From Chrysomallon squamiferum (taxonomy: Eukaryota; Animalia; Mollusca), in assembly GCA_012295275.1 (NCBI GenBank), contig CM022665.1, positions 26,412,001 through 26,476,000 of the forward strand: 64,000 bases of DNA. Direction: 5' to 3'. Each line of letters opens with the position of its first letter. Positions within the stretch are counted from its first letter, which is position 1. Made by a program: the position numbers and the translations under genes. Of this stretch, positions 1 to 13,385 are shown in pieces. The notes under the pieces were generated by a model that saw nothing but the letters and a program-made list of their open reading frames with translations, was not told where the DNA came from and ran no database searches.

Positions 1-441
1 TTTTGTTTGAAACTGAATGAGCACAATTTGCAGAATTAGCTCTTTTCTTATGCCAGCCAGTGAAAGAATCACTGGCTTGTCAGTATCATCAAAGGTGTGA
101 AATAAGCAACAGATCTGAATTCCAACCAAACTAAACGTGTTACTGCCATCATGAATTCCGAAATGCTGAATGGCTGAATTGAACTTTTGGTCTGTGAACA
201 AAAAAAAGGAATAGGTGATTTGTCGGTTTTTGGAATGAAACACTGGATTTTGGTATATTATATAGGGGATGTGTTGTTTTCTATGAAAAAAATGGATTTG
301 ATTATAGTAATGATGGCACCTTCAGCTCTAACATGCTAGTCAGTTTTTCATTTTGACAGGAATGGTGTTTGTCAGTTTTTGCACCTGAACTCTTCATACC
401 ATAGTTATTTTAATATACAAATTGTGTTTCTGATTACATAC

Positions 442-3400
442 CTGAGCAGTGGAAAAGTGATCATAGAAGGAATATCTATCTGCTCCTACAACAACAGCTG
501 AACAGCTAAAAAAAAAAAAAGTAATTATATATAATTAACATATATATCAAATGAACAGACTGACATTGGAATTGTTTGATATGATACATTTATTTGTTAG
601 AATGCAGTGATGTATAAAATAATTACTTTCCAAAACATATTAGAAAGATAAAAATCTGAAACTGGTGGGTGTTACAGGAAATATGTATAATTCCTGAAAA
701 TGTCAGAAAATAAATGCATCACTGAATTGAAAGTAATGTGGCTAGAGTTGATAATAGTCCAAGCAAAATCTACGGTCAAGGGTCTGTAGAAAGAGCAAAC
801 TGACATTATGGACATGCTTGTTTGTTGGTTTGGAGAAAACAATATAACTGAACGGACTTTTGGAATTTCACTTTTCACAGCAAAATTAAATGTTCCACAT
901 TTGTGGCACATTTGGGTTTTGAGAGTTGCACTGACCTGTTATCATCTAGCCTCCCTCACGAAAATTATCTACTTGCAGCATCTGCATTGCCAATTTCTTG
1001 AGTGAATCAGAATTTATGCATATTTTATGAAATTTTCATGAATTATACATATTTCTTGATAATATATATTTCCTGTAACATACAAACACATATACATTGA
1101 TTCTGTCCAAAAAAAAAAGACTGTCAAATAAAAAAATAGACCTATAAGTTTTTAGATTTGGACAAAAATTCTTACTCATATATTCCACCAGTTGTATCAT
1201 CACAAACTTGTTTGAAACCAACACTCAGTATACAGCCAGCCACAAATATCAAAAAACAAGCCACCACATCACCAATTACATTGATCAGGAATCCCAATCC
1301 AATCAGATCACTTCTGTAATGAACACATCAGCATTTTTTAAAATAAATTTAAAAATGAAGATGATTATCTGAACAAGAGGACAATTCATTACTGCAAAAC
1401 TGAAAAAAATTTAAAAAATGGAAATACCCCCAAATATTATTTTATTTTTCTACATATACATAAAAGTTTACTTGCAAACATTATGTCAAGATATATTATT
1501 TTAGTTTGTATAAATATTTTCCTGTTAACAAACCAAGTAATATTTATGATTTGTCCCAAAAATGTTTGAATAAGGAATAGATCACCATGTTAAAATTAGA
1601 TTAAAACTGAGAATGACTTATTTGTATACATGTTTCTATAGGAGGTGAAAAAGTTTATGTTTTCACTAACATCAGATAATAAATGGGTAAAATTTACAAA
1701 ACAAATGATCAAACTCATATGTTCTCAAAATGCAAACTTATTTCAACATTTACGAAGATAAATTTATCATTGTCTGTTACACTCACAATGGATTTAACTT
1801 CCCAATTAAATTGCTGATTCCAGCTCCAGTTAACACCAAACCAAATCCTAAGTTGAGTATGACGGAGGTTGCTACCACATATACACAATTGGAGTCTGGT
1901 CCATATAGAATGTGAACGTTTACTCTTTTACTGTACAGTAAACATTCACCTGAGCTTTTAACCTGAAAAAGGCAGGGCAACATACATATGAAAACATTAA
2001 AAAATATATATATATGTCAAAACGAATAACAGTATACTGGCGAATGCTGATGATAAAAAGAAATGGAAGACAATAACTTTAGAAACAAAATACATTATCT
2101 TAAATGAATACAAATTATTTCTTAATGTATAATTTATATAAATTGATTTGTAAATGATTTACTGTTTACTTAACATCTATAATCTATTAAATTATTTGTC
2201 TAAACTGTCATTTTATTTCTCCTTATTTCACCTCTTTTTTTTTTTAATGTCAAATTTCATCAGCGAGAATGTAACCACTGCTTTTAATCTTAATTCTATG
2301 TAAATTAGTCTCCTGCTTAACGATACCTGACTTAACTATCGGAAATTTGGAACCAATTACATCTTTAATCTGAGGTATTATTGTAGTATGGATATCGCTT
2401 ATTGCATAAAGTATGCAAATATGACAAATATCGAAATAATCTACATATCAAATGTAGTGAATGTAAATAGTTAAAACAGTAGTTATTCATCTAAAAGTAT
2501 TCCCAATGATTTGGTCCTTCATATAAACTTGTTCAGTCATAGCCAAAGTATTTACAGGTCATATCTTTAGTATACATATTATTAATATACTATGTCACAT
2601 ATATTGTATAATATGTGCACAATGTGAATATGTATGTGTACATAACATAAATATGCTCAGTAACATATATCTTGTATGTGTTTAAGCTGAATATAGTTTA
2701 ATTCGAACAGTTAATGATAAATGTAACATTAAAATATTCTATTTACTGTAAATTACTCATATGTACAATGTTTTTTTTAAATTATATTGCTGCATAAAAT
2801 TAGTTATTTCTAATATTATTTTTGTTCTTTTCTTTTACAGAAGCAAGTCATGAGAATTAAAAAAAAACCATGTCGTGCCACTTTTTTCTTTTCTTTTATT
2901 CCTTTTTTTAATAGATAGATGAAACTGATGTAAAACTGTTTATTATTGGTTGGTTGTTTTGTAACACAATGGAAATGTTTATGAATTAGAAATGACCAGC
3001 TTAAATAATAATAATAATAATAATACAAATAAGAATAAGAAGAATACGAATAATAATAACAACAACAACAATAATAATAATGTTGATGATGGTGATTATG
3101 ATAGTGATAATAAGGAAGAGGAAGATGATGATGTAATGAATAAGTAAAAAAACAAATGAGTCGTGAACGCTTATTCTGCTTTCAGTTGATGTTACATAGT
3201 CGATTTAGGAAGAATGGACTTCACTCTGAATGTTAGAATCAAGTGCCACTTTATGTCAGCAGAACAACAATAAAGAAACCAGATATTTTTATTAAGTAGT
3301 ATTTTACAGCAGAATAACATTAAGACGAAGCAAGTAATTAGTAATACTCCTTTCAGATATAATTAGTCTAAAATGAGTAAGACCAATCGGAATTAATACT

Positions 3401-3569
3401 TAATGTTCATCTCCATTAGTAACGAGTTTAACAATAAAACAGTGTAAATGTAACACGTATTTACCATACTGATTGATACTGGGACAAATATAACAAAACT
3501 GGATATAGTAATAAATATATACAGCAACATTCGAATGATGACAACTGGTTTCGTTGACACGGTCGGCAT
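442..3569 (-). CDS. TMEM179-family tetraspan membrane protein, paralog A1 (exons 1-4; exon 5 expected beyond the left window edge)
   Basis: GT-AG exons 3569-3465 (MPTVSTKPVVIIRMLLYIFITISSFVIFVPVSISM), 1962-1787 (VKSSGECLLYSKRVNVHILYGPDSNCVYVVATSVILNLGFGLVLTGAGISNLIGKLNP), 1313-1176 (SDLIGLGFLINVIGDVVACFLIFVAGCILSVGFKQVCDDTTGGIY), 505-442 (CSAVVVGADRYSFYDHFSTAQ). They splice in frame with phases 0-2-2-0. The G-x-CLL(Y/F), second Cys, SVGFxxxC and FY..F..AQ motifs resemble TMEM179 proteins. Confidence 0.85.
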
Positions 3570-4906
3570 GTTGACTCGTCAGTTTCCTCCACCTATTTGT
3601 AATTTATGCACTTTGTCCTCGATTGGTTCGAGTTCGATGTGTACTGTTTACATTTTAACAGTCGGGGATGAGAGACTACAGTTCATTGCAGTCACTATTA
3701 GTATTATCCTCTCACAGGAAAGATTAGGAAATTAAGAGATCGAACTTCCGGTTCGTATTCGAAATAATAATATTCCATAAATTAGGTAAATGACATAAAA
3801 ACAATAACAACTACAAACAAACAAACAAAACAAATATTTCTGCTTCACTGGAAAAAAAAAAAAAATGATACTTATTTATGATGATAATTTGAAAAAAAAA
3901 AAAAAAAAAAAATACGGAGTAATAGCAATTTAAATTTCAGTATTCACAGCATGTAATTTTGGCTAGTTTCGAGCTTTCATAAAACACATTTTGTGAACCA
4001 AGCTTACAGGTGCATTAAATTCTCATATCTTTCTAAAACAGCAAGATAACTATGTAATCTTCGGGATATCAAATTCGTAACATGGAATTAAAATTCTAAT
4101 TAACTGAAGTTATTCATAATTTTGTAGATAAAAGTATAAACATTTTAACTAAAATAGAAATAAAATAAACATCCAATCAAATGCAGTACTTGATCATTTG
4201 ACCTAACACTATAATGGTTTGTTTATGATCCAAATCGGATGATTTTGCTGACGTTACAAACAATGTTGCCGCTCTTCAGATTTTGATAAAACTGTGAACA
4301 AATCACGCTGAACACCTAATCGATGTTTAACATTAGGTTTACGAGGTGAAAAATACTCCTTTTTTTTTTTTTTTTTACTTATAATTTTTTTTTTTTTTAC
4401 TCTATAAGGTTATTATTCGTCGGAAAATTCAAAATAGGAGAACACATGTAGCAAACTCGGGTAATGGCCAAAAGTACAGATTTGCGGAGTGCTACAAACA
4501 TTAGTAAAGTTCTATAAATGTTTGGTAAATATATAATTTCTGCTTAGTAACTTTCTACAGCTAGTAGAGTGGACAGTAATTTTAATCTCAGTATACTTTC
4601 GATGAACATACGGTTGAGAGTGTTAAAATAGAAATACTGAGAATATTCACGTTTAATATTTTGTTAAATATTTATGGCTAATTCTTTCTTGGTCTTAGAA
4701 CTACTTGTTGAATGGAAATAGATTTATAATTTCAGTCAAAAACATTGAAAATAAATTATTCACTGGTTGTTACTGTTAGATGCTGAAATTGCAAGATTTA
4801 TGAAAAGAGTGTAAATCAAAATATTATTTCATTTATATAATTATATGATTATTTCCTGAAACAGTCGATAACATATTACTGTCTACTCTTCGCATAACAT
4901 AACAAA

Positions 4907-4963
<57 letters not shown>

Positions 4964-5929
4964 CTGTATTTGAAACAGTAGGCCTAAATTTTCAACATAT
5001 CATCGCAATACAAAATAAGAGAAAAACATGTGGGTTTCAACTTTGTCATAAAAACCCCAGTGAAAACTTAATACCCCAAATAATCGGTATTGTATTTGGT
5101 TTTCTCCCACTTTGATATTAAACTTTTTTTTTTTTTTTTTGGGGGTTGTTTGGTTTTTTGTTATTTTCATTTTAGCAAAACAAACTTCATAAATGCTGTT
5201 ACCATTTCATTATTATAAATAATTATAGTATAATAATAATTGTTTTTATCACACCTCCCAGAAAGCAATACAACACCACCTATGTTAAGATCTACCAGTA
5301 ACCTTATCTTTGACCTATGCTTTTGTCTTGTATTTAACAAATATACAGTGCATAAGTATTTAAAAAAACAACCAAAAAACATAAAAATAATTAACTGCCA
5401 TTATTTATATATAAACGGAAACAAGATGCTTGCACACATCAAAATACTTGAAGCACTCTCAAATTCATTCAAGAATAATGTAATGACATCACAACCGGAA
5501 TGATTATAGACAACAATAAAAAGAAAATAATAACAGATAGAGACAAATAGTTTCTAATAACGAAGAAATAACACCATTGAAGTGTTTCTCAAAATACAGC
5601 GCTCAGCAGGTGGAGTTCATTAAATACTGCGATTGTGACCAGTTTTGGCACATGCTGTTTTATATCACGCATTAATTAATTATTCTGATGTACTTGTTCA
5701 CATTCCAGTCCTGGCGTGGAAATTTCTTTAATTATTCTACCGTATTAATCAGAAAAAATAAAGAAAACAGAATAATATAATATTGTATATATTTGTCCAT
5801 TCATGTATACTGTCGGAACAAAATTAAATTTCTGCGAACGTTTGAAAAACGTAGTGAAGTCTGTTAGGTTAGGATGGTTTGGGGTGTAATTATAAAATTT
5901 ACTCTTACCTTGATCGAAAAGGGGCTGAG

Positions 5930-6599
5930 TGAGGGTTGCAGTGATCATATAGTGGGACTCAGAATAACTAGTACCCAGACGTAAGGCTTCAAGTGGAAAA
6001 TGGTTTTAACTTTAAAGTTTGTGATTTCCCCCCCCCCCGATCTTGTCTGGATATATCAAAATCCGGAAAACTGAGGTCAGAGAAATCGTGGGTCAACAGC
6101 ATCATCATTTGCATGGTATACTATTCTCTGACGAATCCCGCTTCCAATCAAGGAATGCTGATAGTCGGTTGCTGGTACTGCGTAAGTGTTGCGTCCTGAC
6201 GAATCAGTGAGGTGTAGGGCGGGTCCTTTCTTTTATCAGTGTTAGGATATGCACATATTTCAGCAAGACAATACCTGAGCACAAACAGCAGGTATTACGA
6301 CACAGTATTACGAAAACATAGAACAGCAGGAGTGGAACGCTATCGCCTTTTGACACCATTCGCAGACGTCGGACCGATGAGACGACATTTCATGTCTTGT
6401 GTTGCTGCAGATTTTCATTGTGAATTTACGTGTCTCTAGTACGTAGATACATTTAAATTAATCAATGACTGTGCATCCTTGACTGTTTGTTGTCATCAAG
6501 ATTCATCTGTTGCTGCTCACAACAAAAACATTTATTGCTCAGGTATTCTTTTCGAAATGCAAACATTTCTTGGTGGTGCGTTTTTAGTGCTGTTCAGTA
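5930..6599 (+). mobile_element. Decayed Tc1/mariner-family DNA transposon (DDE transposase fragments plus right end)
   Basis: + strand fragments translate to GILFSDESRFQSRNADSRLLVLR (Tc1 'VLFSDESRF...DGRVRVWR'), IFQQDNT*AQTA (Tc1 'FQQDNARPHTA'), QQEWNAI and MRRHFMSCVAAD (Tc1 C-terminal 'SMRRRCQAVIAA'). The element ends in ...gtgctgttcagta followed by a TA run. It has stops, frameshifts and internal deletions; the left boundary is approximate. Confidence 0.8.
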
Positions 6600-6648
6600 T
6601 ATATATATCAGAAATTTAACAACAGTAAGGTAAAATAGTTCTACTTAC

Positions 6649-6835
6649 TGAATTCCAGCGCTTAATGAATCACATGTTTTTTGAAGACCACCAGTCATAA
6701 TTATTGAGGCCATAAATAAGAAACTACTGGCGATTCCATCAAAAATAGCACCTAGTCGCACCATAAAACCCATTCGTTCAGCCCTGTAAAAAGGGAGCTC
6801 CAAAATTATTATTTTAGTTTGTTTGCTTCACACAA

Positions 6836-6915
<80 letters not shown>

Positions 6916-7126
6916 TGTACGGAAGAAAAGGTTGATATAAAAACCGTAAATAGATAAAAGAAAAGAGGAGGGTTAAAAAGGAACTCTCCCCTCAAAAACC
7001 CCGCTTTTTAAACAATTATAATGAAGAATATGATAAATAAATTAAATACTTACCACTGCAATGGCTAAATGTTTAATGAACAAATAACATTTTCTCGTGT
7101 TATCTTTTATGTAACCCTCGGAACAT
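6649..7126 (-). pseudogene. Partial, exon-order-scrambled pseudogene of TMEM179-like paralog B (exon 3 and exon 4 copies only)
   Basis: 6783-6649 copies B exon 3 (AERMGFMVRLGAIFDGIASSFLFMASIIMTGGLQKTCDSLSAGI). 7126-7054 copies B exon 4 (CSEGYIKDNTRKCYLFIKHLAIAV). Exons 1-2 lie beyond the duplication breakpoint, and the exon 5 region (~17270-18420 in unit 2) is missing at ~5810-5860. Confidence 0.85.
6840..6912. repeat. (GA)n microsatellite
   Basis: Perfect GA tract at a rearrangement junction; a second tract lies at ~7315-7358. Confidence 0.95.
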
Positions 7127-7311
7127 CTGGGAAAAAAAGAAGAAAAGAAAAACCCAAAACGAACAAAGAACAAATTCATAACCTAATAAATAAATCAATG
7201 AATAAACACCAACAATAAATTCACCTCTAGAACAATAATTTTTTATTATTATATTTTTATCTGTATATCTATCGATAGCTATATATATATATATATATTT
7301 GTTTGCCACTC

Positions 7312-7360
<49 letters not shown>

Positions 7361-8015
7361 ATCCTAATGGTATTTTGTTTCAAAATACTTTAAGTTTATT
7401 TATAAACTTAAAAGAATAAATTGGTCACTCTGGGTATTTAATAACGGGGGAAGAATTATAAATTCTAAAACGCTGTTTTTCCACGTATCTGTCTATTCAT
7501 CTGACTAATGAATCGAAAGCAGAAATTTAAGAGAATACTGGATATCATACACCACTGGATATATAAGTAATAGTCGTACCCTTTCATTTTATCTTCTTGC
7601 AGCGTTTCTTTTTGTCGTCTGCTCTGTTATCTGAACTACCAGTAGTTTCACTGCAAAGGATGCTTTTAACAACTAAAAAAAAAAAACAATTCTCATTTTT
7701 TTGTTTTTCTCTCTCTCTGCAGCGCTAGCAGGTGTGTATAATTCTGTGAGGGTGTGCGATTTTTGAACCAAGGCGGTTTATTGTACAGCTGTACAAGCAA
7801 GGATATGAAAAACAGAGTTGAACACGTGTTGCAATTTTTAGACATCTACCAGTGACTGATAATAGTAATATAATAGCAAATACCTTTCCAGTTACCAACA
7901 CGAATGCCTGTAACATTGTTACAAAACTCAAGTATAACAAATTCCCTACGGGTTACGGTATATATATCTCTGATTTTGAGACATTAAAACAACAACAACA
8001 ACAACAATCATCATC

Positions 8016-8046
<31 letters not shown>

Positions 8047-8771
8047 GTAAATAAATAAATAAATAAATAATAAAAGTAAATAAAAAAAACCGAAAAAACA
8101 ACGAAAAACAAACAACAACAACACACACACAAGCACAAAAAAAAAACTTATATTCAGCATGTTTTGTAGCACTTTACAAATGTTTACAAATAACTAAGAA
8201 TAATAATACAGTTAACAATACAAATAAACTATAAACATTTTAATTATTACATATTACATATTGTGCCATTAATATAGATCACATAACAAACACAACCAAC
8301 AGATAACTGACAGTAATCAGTTCCAAAAGATCACATCAGCGAATACAAAGATTAAATAAATAAGATAACAGTATAAAACTACTACAAATATTTTAATTTC
8401 TTTATGTAAGCAATATCTGTATAATCTTTCATCTGTTAATTATCTATGACTATTTCAAAAAAAAAAATAAAAAAAAATAAACACCCCCCCCCCAAAAGAA
8501 AACAACACAACAAAAAACAGAAACCTCTAATAAAATGTATCAAAGAGTATATACAAATGTTACATAAAAACAGTACAATACTTTCAAGGCTACACATACT
8601 AAGTCAGGTTATAAAACATTTATTTAAAAAAAGACATATCTGCATTTCTGCACATTAATATATACTGTCAATGGTATTAATGCATAAACTTCAATGTACA
8701 AGAAATTTGTTTATCTATATTTTAACTTGCTATTAAAAGAAAAAGAAATAAAAAAAGAGAGACAGATACTC

Positions 8772-8895
8772 TTAACCCTTTTGGCATCACTGACAATACA
8801 TTTTGACATAATGCACAAGTTTAAGTTAAGTCCTAATATATCATTACCCAAAATACCTGGTGCTCGGAAATGTGTGTTGCACCAAAAGGTTTTAA
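8772..8895. mobile_element. Possible short piggyBac-like MITE remnant
   Basis: TTAA|CCCTTTTGG ... CCAAAAGGTT|TTAA imperfect terminal inverted repeats with TTAA flanks. Confidence 0.3.
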
Positions 8896-9017
8896 AAAAC
8901 ACTTTCACAGATAATCTGAATTTTTAAAATAATCTTATCACTATTTATCATTTATGAAAATGAAATCATTAGAGAATAACATAACTTAAAGCAAATAAAA
9001 TGTTTCAATACATTAGC

Positions 9018-9256
9018 AAGGGCAGATCCAGGACTGTGTTTTGTTTGAGAAGTTAGGCTACGTCTGCCAGAGATTAAGCAGTACAAAAAGTGCTGACCTC
9101 AGTAATTTTAAAGAACTAAAATGAATCAGTGACATTTTTTATGAGTATAAAATGTGTATTTATAAATGTGCTTACAAGCAGTTTGAACTGTACAATTTTG
9201 GTCTTTTGTCTACAGAGATCCACATTTCCTTCAATCACATCGCTGGATTTGCACTT
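9018..9256. mobile_element. Possible non-autonomous DNA transposon (MITE)
   Basis: Imperfect 14-bp inverted ends aagggcagatccag ... ctggatttgcactt; no clear target-site duplication. Confidence 0.4.
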
Positions 9257-9477
9257 ACTACAAACACAGTCTTAGTACCGCAAACTAAATATTAGTTTCT
9301 CAAGTACATACTTACATTGTCTGCTTTAATAATAATCATATATAATATAACTATTTATAGTGTGTTTGTAATTATTACTTATATGTATGTATATCAAGTA
9401 ATCACTATTATATTTATTTTCAATTATTCATATAATACATACATTTGAAACAAATATAATTATCAAGGAAATATATA

Positions 9478-9807
9478 CAGGGCTCGAAATGGCCAGTCAC
9501 CAGGTCGCCAAATGAGATCAAAGTTCCATCTGGGCGTTTGGGATGTTAAAAGAATCATGGGTTAAAATAATATTTTTTGGACGATCTTTTTTCCCATAAG
9601 TTATATACAACACAAGAGCCATTATTAATAATTTTATCGCAAATATTTATTTGACATAAAAGTTTTGCTTGTAGTAATTTATAAACATTCGCTGACCCAG
9701 TATCCAAAAATTGGCCGAATACGCGGACAAATCCGAGCCTTTCCGAATGCAGTCTTAGCTTCTGTCGTCTGTTTATTTTTTTATTTTTTTTCTTCTTCTT
9801 CTTCTTC

Positions 9808-9839
<32 letters not shown>

Positions 9840-10022
9840 TTTTTTTTTCAAAAGTTAATGATCAAGTACACTTTTTCCTTCACCCTCTCCACCCCCCCAA
9901 AAAAAAATAAAATAAATAAAAAGTAAAAAATCTGGGTCATTGAATTATTTTCAAAATGAATATTTAGCGGCCCGAATTTGTTTTTTTGGCCACCATACAT
10001 TTCAGACGAGTTTTCAGCCCTG
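9478..10022. mobile_element. hAT-type MITE
   Basis: Terminal inverted repeats CAGGGCTCGAAA ... TTTTCAGCCCTG, flanked by a near-identical 8-bp duplication aatatata / aatataaa. An 8-bp TSD is characteristic of hAT elements. Confidence 0.75.
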
Positions 10023-10254
10023 AATATAAATTACATAAGAAACAGAATCAACAGATAACTGACACTAGTCAGCTCCATAATATCGCATCAGCCAATACAA
10101 TGGTTAAATAAAAAGGACAACAGTATACATTCCCAAAAGAAACTGCAACAGTCAACATAATTTGCCAGCAAAATTATGTAGACTACTGAGTTATAAGTTA
10201 CCTAACTAAATGTCAATTTCAGATTAATACAGATGGAATAATTCTTAACTTTAA

Positions 10255-10460
10255 AATTCATTGTTTCACAGTAATTATATTGTAATGATTTGTCAAAGTA
10301 TTATTCATAATTTCAGAGCAATTCCACTGGAATGATTGGTCAAAATAAAATTGGTAATTTCAGAGTAATTCCATTGGAATGATTGCTCAAAACAAATATC
10401 ATAATTTCGGAGAAACTCTACTGGAATAATTTGTCAAAGTAAAATTCATAACTTCAAATA
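10255..10460. repeat. ~47-bp degenerate minisatellite, ~4 copies, just downstream of the A2 stop codon
   Basis: Repeated unit ataatttcagagcaattccactggaatgattggtcaaaataaaattg and variants. Confidence 0.8.
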
Positions 10461-10572
10461 TATAAACACATCATAAGAGTCCCTCTGAAACAAGTAATTT
10501 AGTTTGAGACAATCACCTTGTAGTGAACTGTTATGTGATAATGAGTAATATGAGTCTTCATTCTAAATCTGT

Positions 10573-12871
10573 TTACAAAATGTTTAACTCATAATTTGGG
10601 GAACCAAGTGGCACTTGCACTGGATTACAACACAATTTACCAAGTCTCCACAGTGTGACTATCCCCACACCTACCTGAGCCAACCACAGAACAAAAGATA
10701 CCCACAGAGCTGCCTGAAAAACAATGAAGAAAACTTATATTACTTATAAATGAATGAACAATAATTAATTAATTAATTAATAATAACAGTTTATGAATTA
10801 ACATTATCATATAATAATTTTTAAATTAGTAAATATGATGCGATCTGCGAAAAGGATTACATGGTGTATAAGGTAAAAATTAGAAAAAGTTAAAAACACT
10901 GTATATACAAAATGTTAAGGATCACATGAATAAAGCCTGATATTTTATACAGTTTTTTAACTGAATTTTTCTGAATTATTTATGCATAGGTATGTCCTTT
11001 TATTGTAATAAAACCAGGTGCAATCAAGCTAGAGAAAACATTTAAGCAATGCCAAAAATTTAACAAAACAATCAATTGAATCATTAAAAATGAAGTAAAA
11101 TCAAACAGTGGGCTTTTGCAGATGACACAACAAATATTTACAATAATTTATGAAGGAATTAAAATAATGTTTAACTTATCAATGAATAAATATCATTAAT
11201 TAATAAATTAATTAACGATAATATTTATAATAAGTTAATATTAAAAATCACAGTACCATAATAACCTGTTTTCAGTAATTCCGTAACTTTTTACACCCCT
11301 CTACATTTATTTTTTTAACACACAAACAACAGCATAAAGTCAATTCATAGACTTCATTTTTTAGCATTCTGTAACTATATTAAGACTTAGTTTGTCATAT
11401 GCAGTAGCTGGTTGACAACAACATTTACCAAAACTCCAGTCAGCCAGTTAAGACTGCTATAACATCTACAATTATATATGAAGAGTTTATATGCAAAACC
11501 AGGCAAGTCTATTTTAGTTGTGTTTTCCATGCAAAAACCATCAATATGACATTGGGTAATTCTGAATTTATGTGATGTAAAAATAATTTAAAATAAAAAC
11601 AATATTTTACTGTATTTAAAAAAGAAAAAACAGACATGTCTACAACATGTTACAAATATTCACATATAAAGCATTATGGTCTTTCTGCTACAACTAAGAT
11701 GGGTTAGTATTAAAAACGAACTAACAAAACAACAACAACAAAAAAACAACAAAACAGTTGAGTGTTCTACTCAGTGACCTGGAACTTGGTCTTTGTTTAC
11801 AGTCAAAGTGTTGTATTTACACCGATATCCCTTGCATTTATCAGGGTGCTATCCTCTTTTACTTTTTCCTGTGTTGAGTAAAGCTGATCATGTGTGTATT
11901 TAAGGTCATCCTTGGACAGATGTCATACATGTGTTATCATACACATATTATGTGCATCATATATGAACGAAACTGAAAGATTGCTGTGTTGCTTTTTTGT
12001 TTGAAACTGAACGAGCAGAATTTTCAGAATTAGCTCTTTTCTTATGCCCAGCCGGTGAAAGAATCACTAGCTTGTCAGTATCATCAAAAGTGTGAAATAA
12101 GCAACAAATCTGAATTCAGACCAAACTAAACGTGTTACTGCCATCATGAATTCCGAAATGCTGAATGGCTGAATTGAACTTTTGGTCTGTGAACAAAAAA
12201 AGGAACAGGTGATTTGTCGGTTTTTGGAATGAAACACTGGATTTTGGTATATTATATAGGGGATGTGTTGTTTTCTATGAAAAAAATGGATTTGATTATA
12301 GTAATGATGGCACCTTCAGCTCAAACATAGTAATCATTATTTCATTTTGACAAGAATGGTGTTTGTCAGTTTTTGCTGCTGAACTCTTCATATCATGGTT
12401 ATCTTAATATAAAAACTGTGTAAACATATTACTGATTACATACCTGAGCAGTGAAAAAGTCACCATAGAAGAAATACATATCTGTTATTAGAAAAGAAGC
12501 TGCACAGCTAAAACAAATTAAGTAATTATATATAATGAAATGAAAAATAAAATAAATGAATAAAATAAATTAAAAAAAAAGTAATAAATAATTTTAAAAA
12601 AGATAAGTGTAAAATTAAATAAATTTATAAATAAAGTAAAAAGCAATAAATAATAAAATAAATAAATGAAATAGTGACATTTTAGTATATATTAACTCTG
12701 TTTCATTATCTATAGGATAAATTAACAATATTCGCACTTATCCCTTTTTTTTCTTCTTTTTTTTGAACACGTTTGAACGGTTGATATCATACATTTATTT
12801 GTTAGAATCCACTGATGTATAAAATAATTACAGTTTCTAAAAAAATATTTAAAAAATAAGAATTTGAAACT

Positions 12872-12923
<52 letters not shown>

Positions 12924-13354
12924 GTACAGGAAATATGTATAAATCAGAAATCCATGTATCACTGAATTGAAAGTAATGTGGCTAGAGTTGATAATGGTCC
13001 AAGGAAAATCTAGGCATCCAGTGAGCCAAGGGTTTGTATAAAGATCAACTTGACATTAAGGACATGCTTGTTTGTTCGTTTGGAGATAAAAGTATAATTG
13101 AATAGACATTTCAACTCAGTATACTGAATTTCAAAACTTTTGTGGCACAGCTGGGTTTTGATGCTTGCACTGGGCTGTTATCATCTAGCCTCCCTCTTTA
13201 AATAATCCATCAGTTGTAATCAAGAGAATGATCTACTTATAGCCTTTGCATTGCCAGTTTCCTGAGTGAATCAGAATTTATGCATATTTTCTTGAATTTT
13301 TAGGAATTATATATATTATATATATATATATATTATAGGAAATATATACAATTA

Positions 13355-13385
<31 letters not shown>

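Larger units (their letters stand above)
1..8170. repeat. Tandem segmental duplication, unit 1 (left end outside window)
   Basis: Collinear similarity to ~11995-20955, e.g. 1 to 11995, 3569 to 15009, 5503 to 16933, 6439 to 18809, 7980 to 20818. Similarity ends near cttatattca at ~8150-8170 versus ~20930-20955. Confidence 0.9.

Noticed and set aside
69-191. Possible alternative terminal exon after exon 4 of A1 (acceptor ttgttcacag, TKSSIQPF...ILTSQ*), also present at 12067-12186
   Set aside because: It lacks the family TM4 motif, and the true exon 5 is at 10713-10573 in A2. Conservation between the copies is explained by the recent duplication. No transcript evidence.
672-1005. Overlapping ORFs in intron 3 of A1
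   Set aside because: The homologous block in A2 (12960-13280) has indels and stops that break the frames; probably an old repeat relic.
5167-5503. 87-aa and 71-aa ORFs repeated at 16606-16933
   Set aside because: Their recurrence reflects the segmental duplication. AT-rich composition, non-ATG starts and no splice or family support.
10255-10460. Regularly spaced repeats resembling a CRISPR array
   Set aside because: Contiguous degenerate tandem units without unique spacers, in a eukaryotic context with no cas genes.
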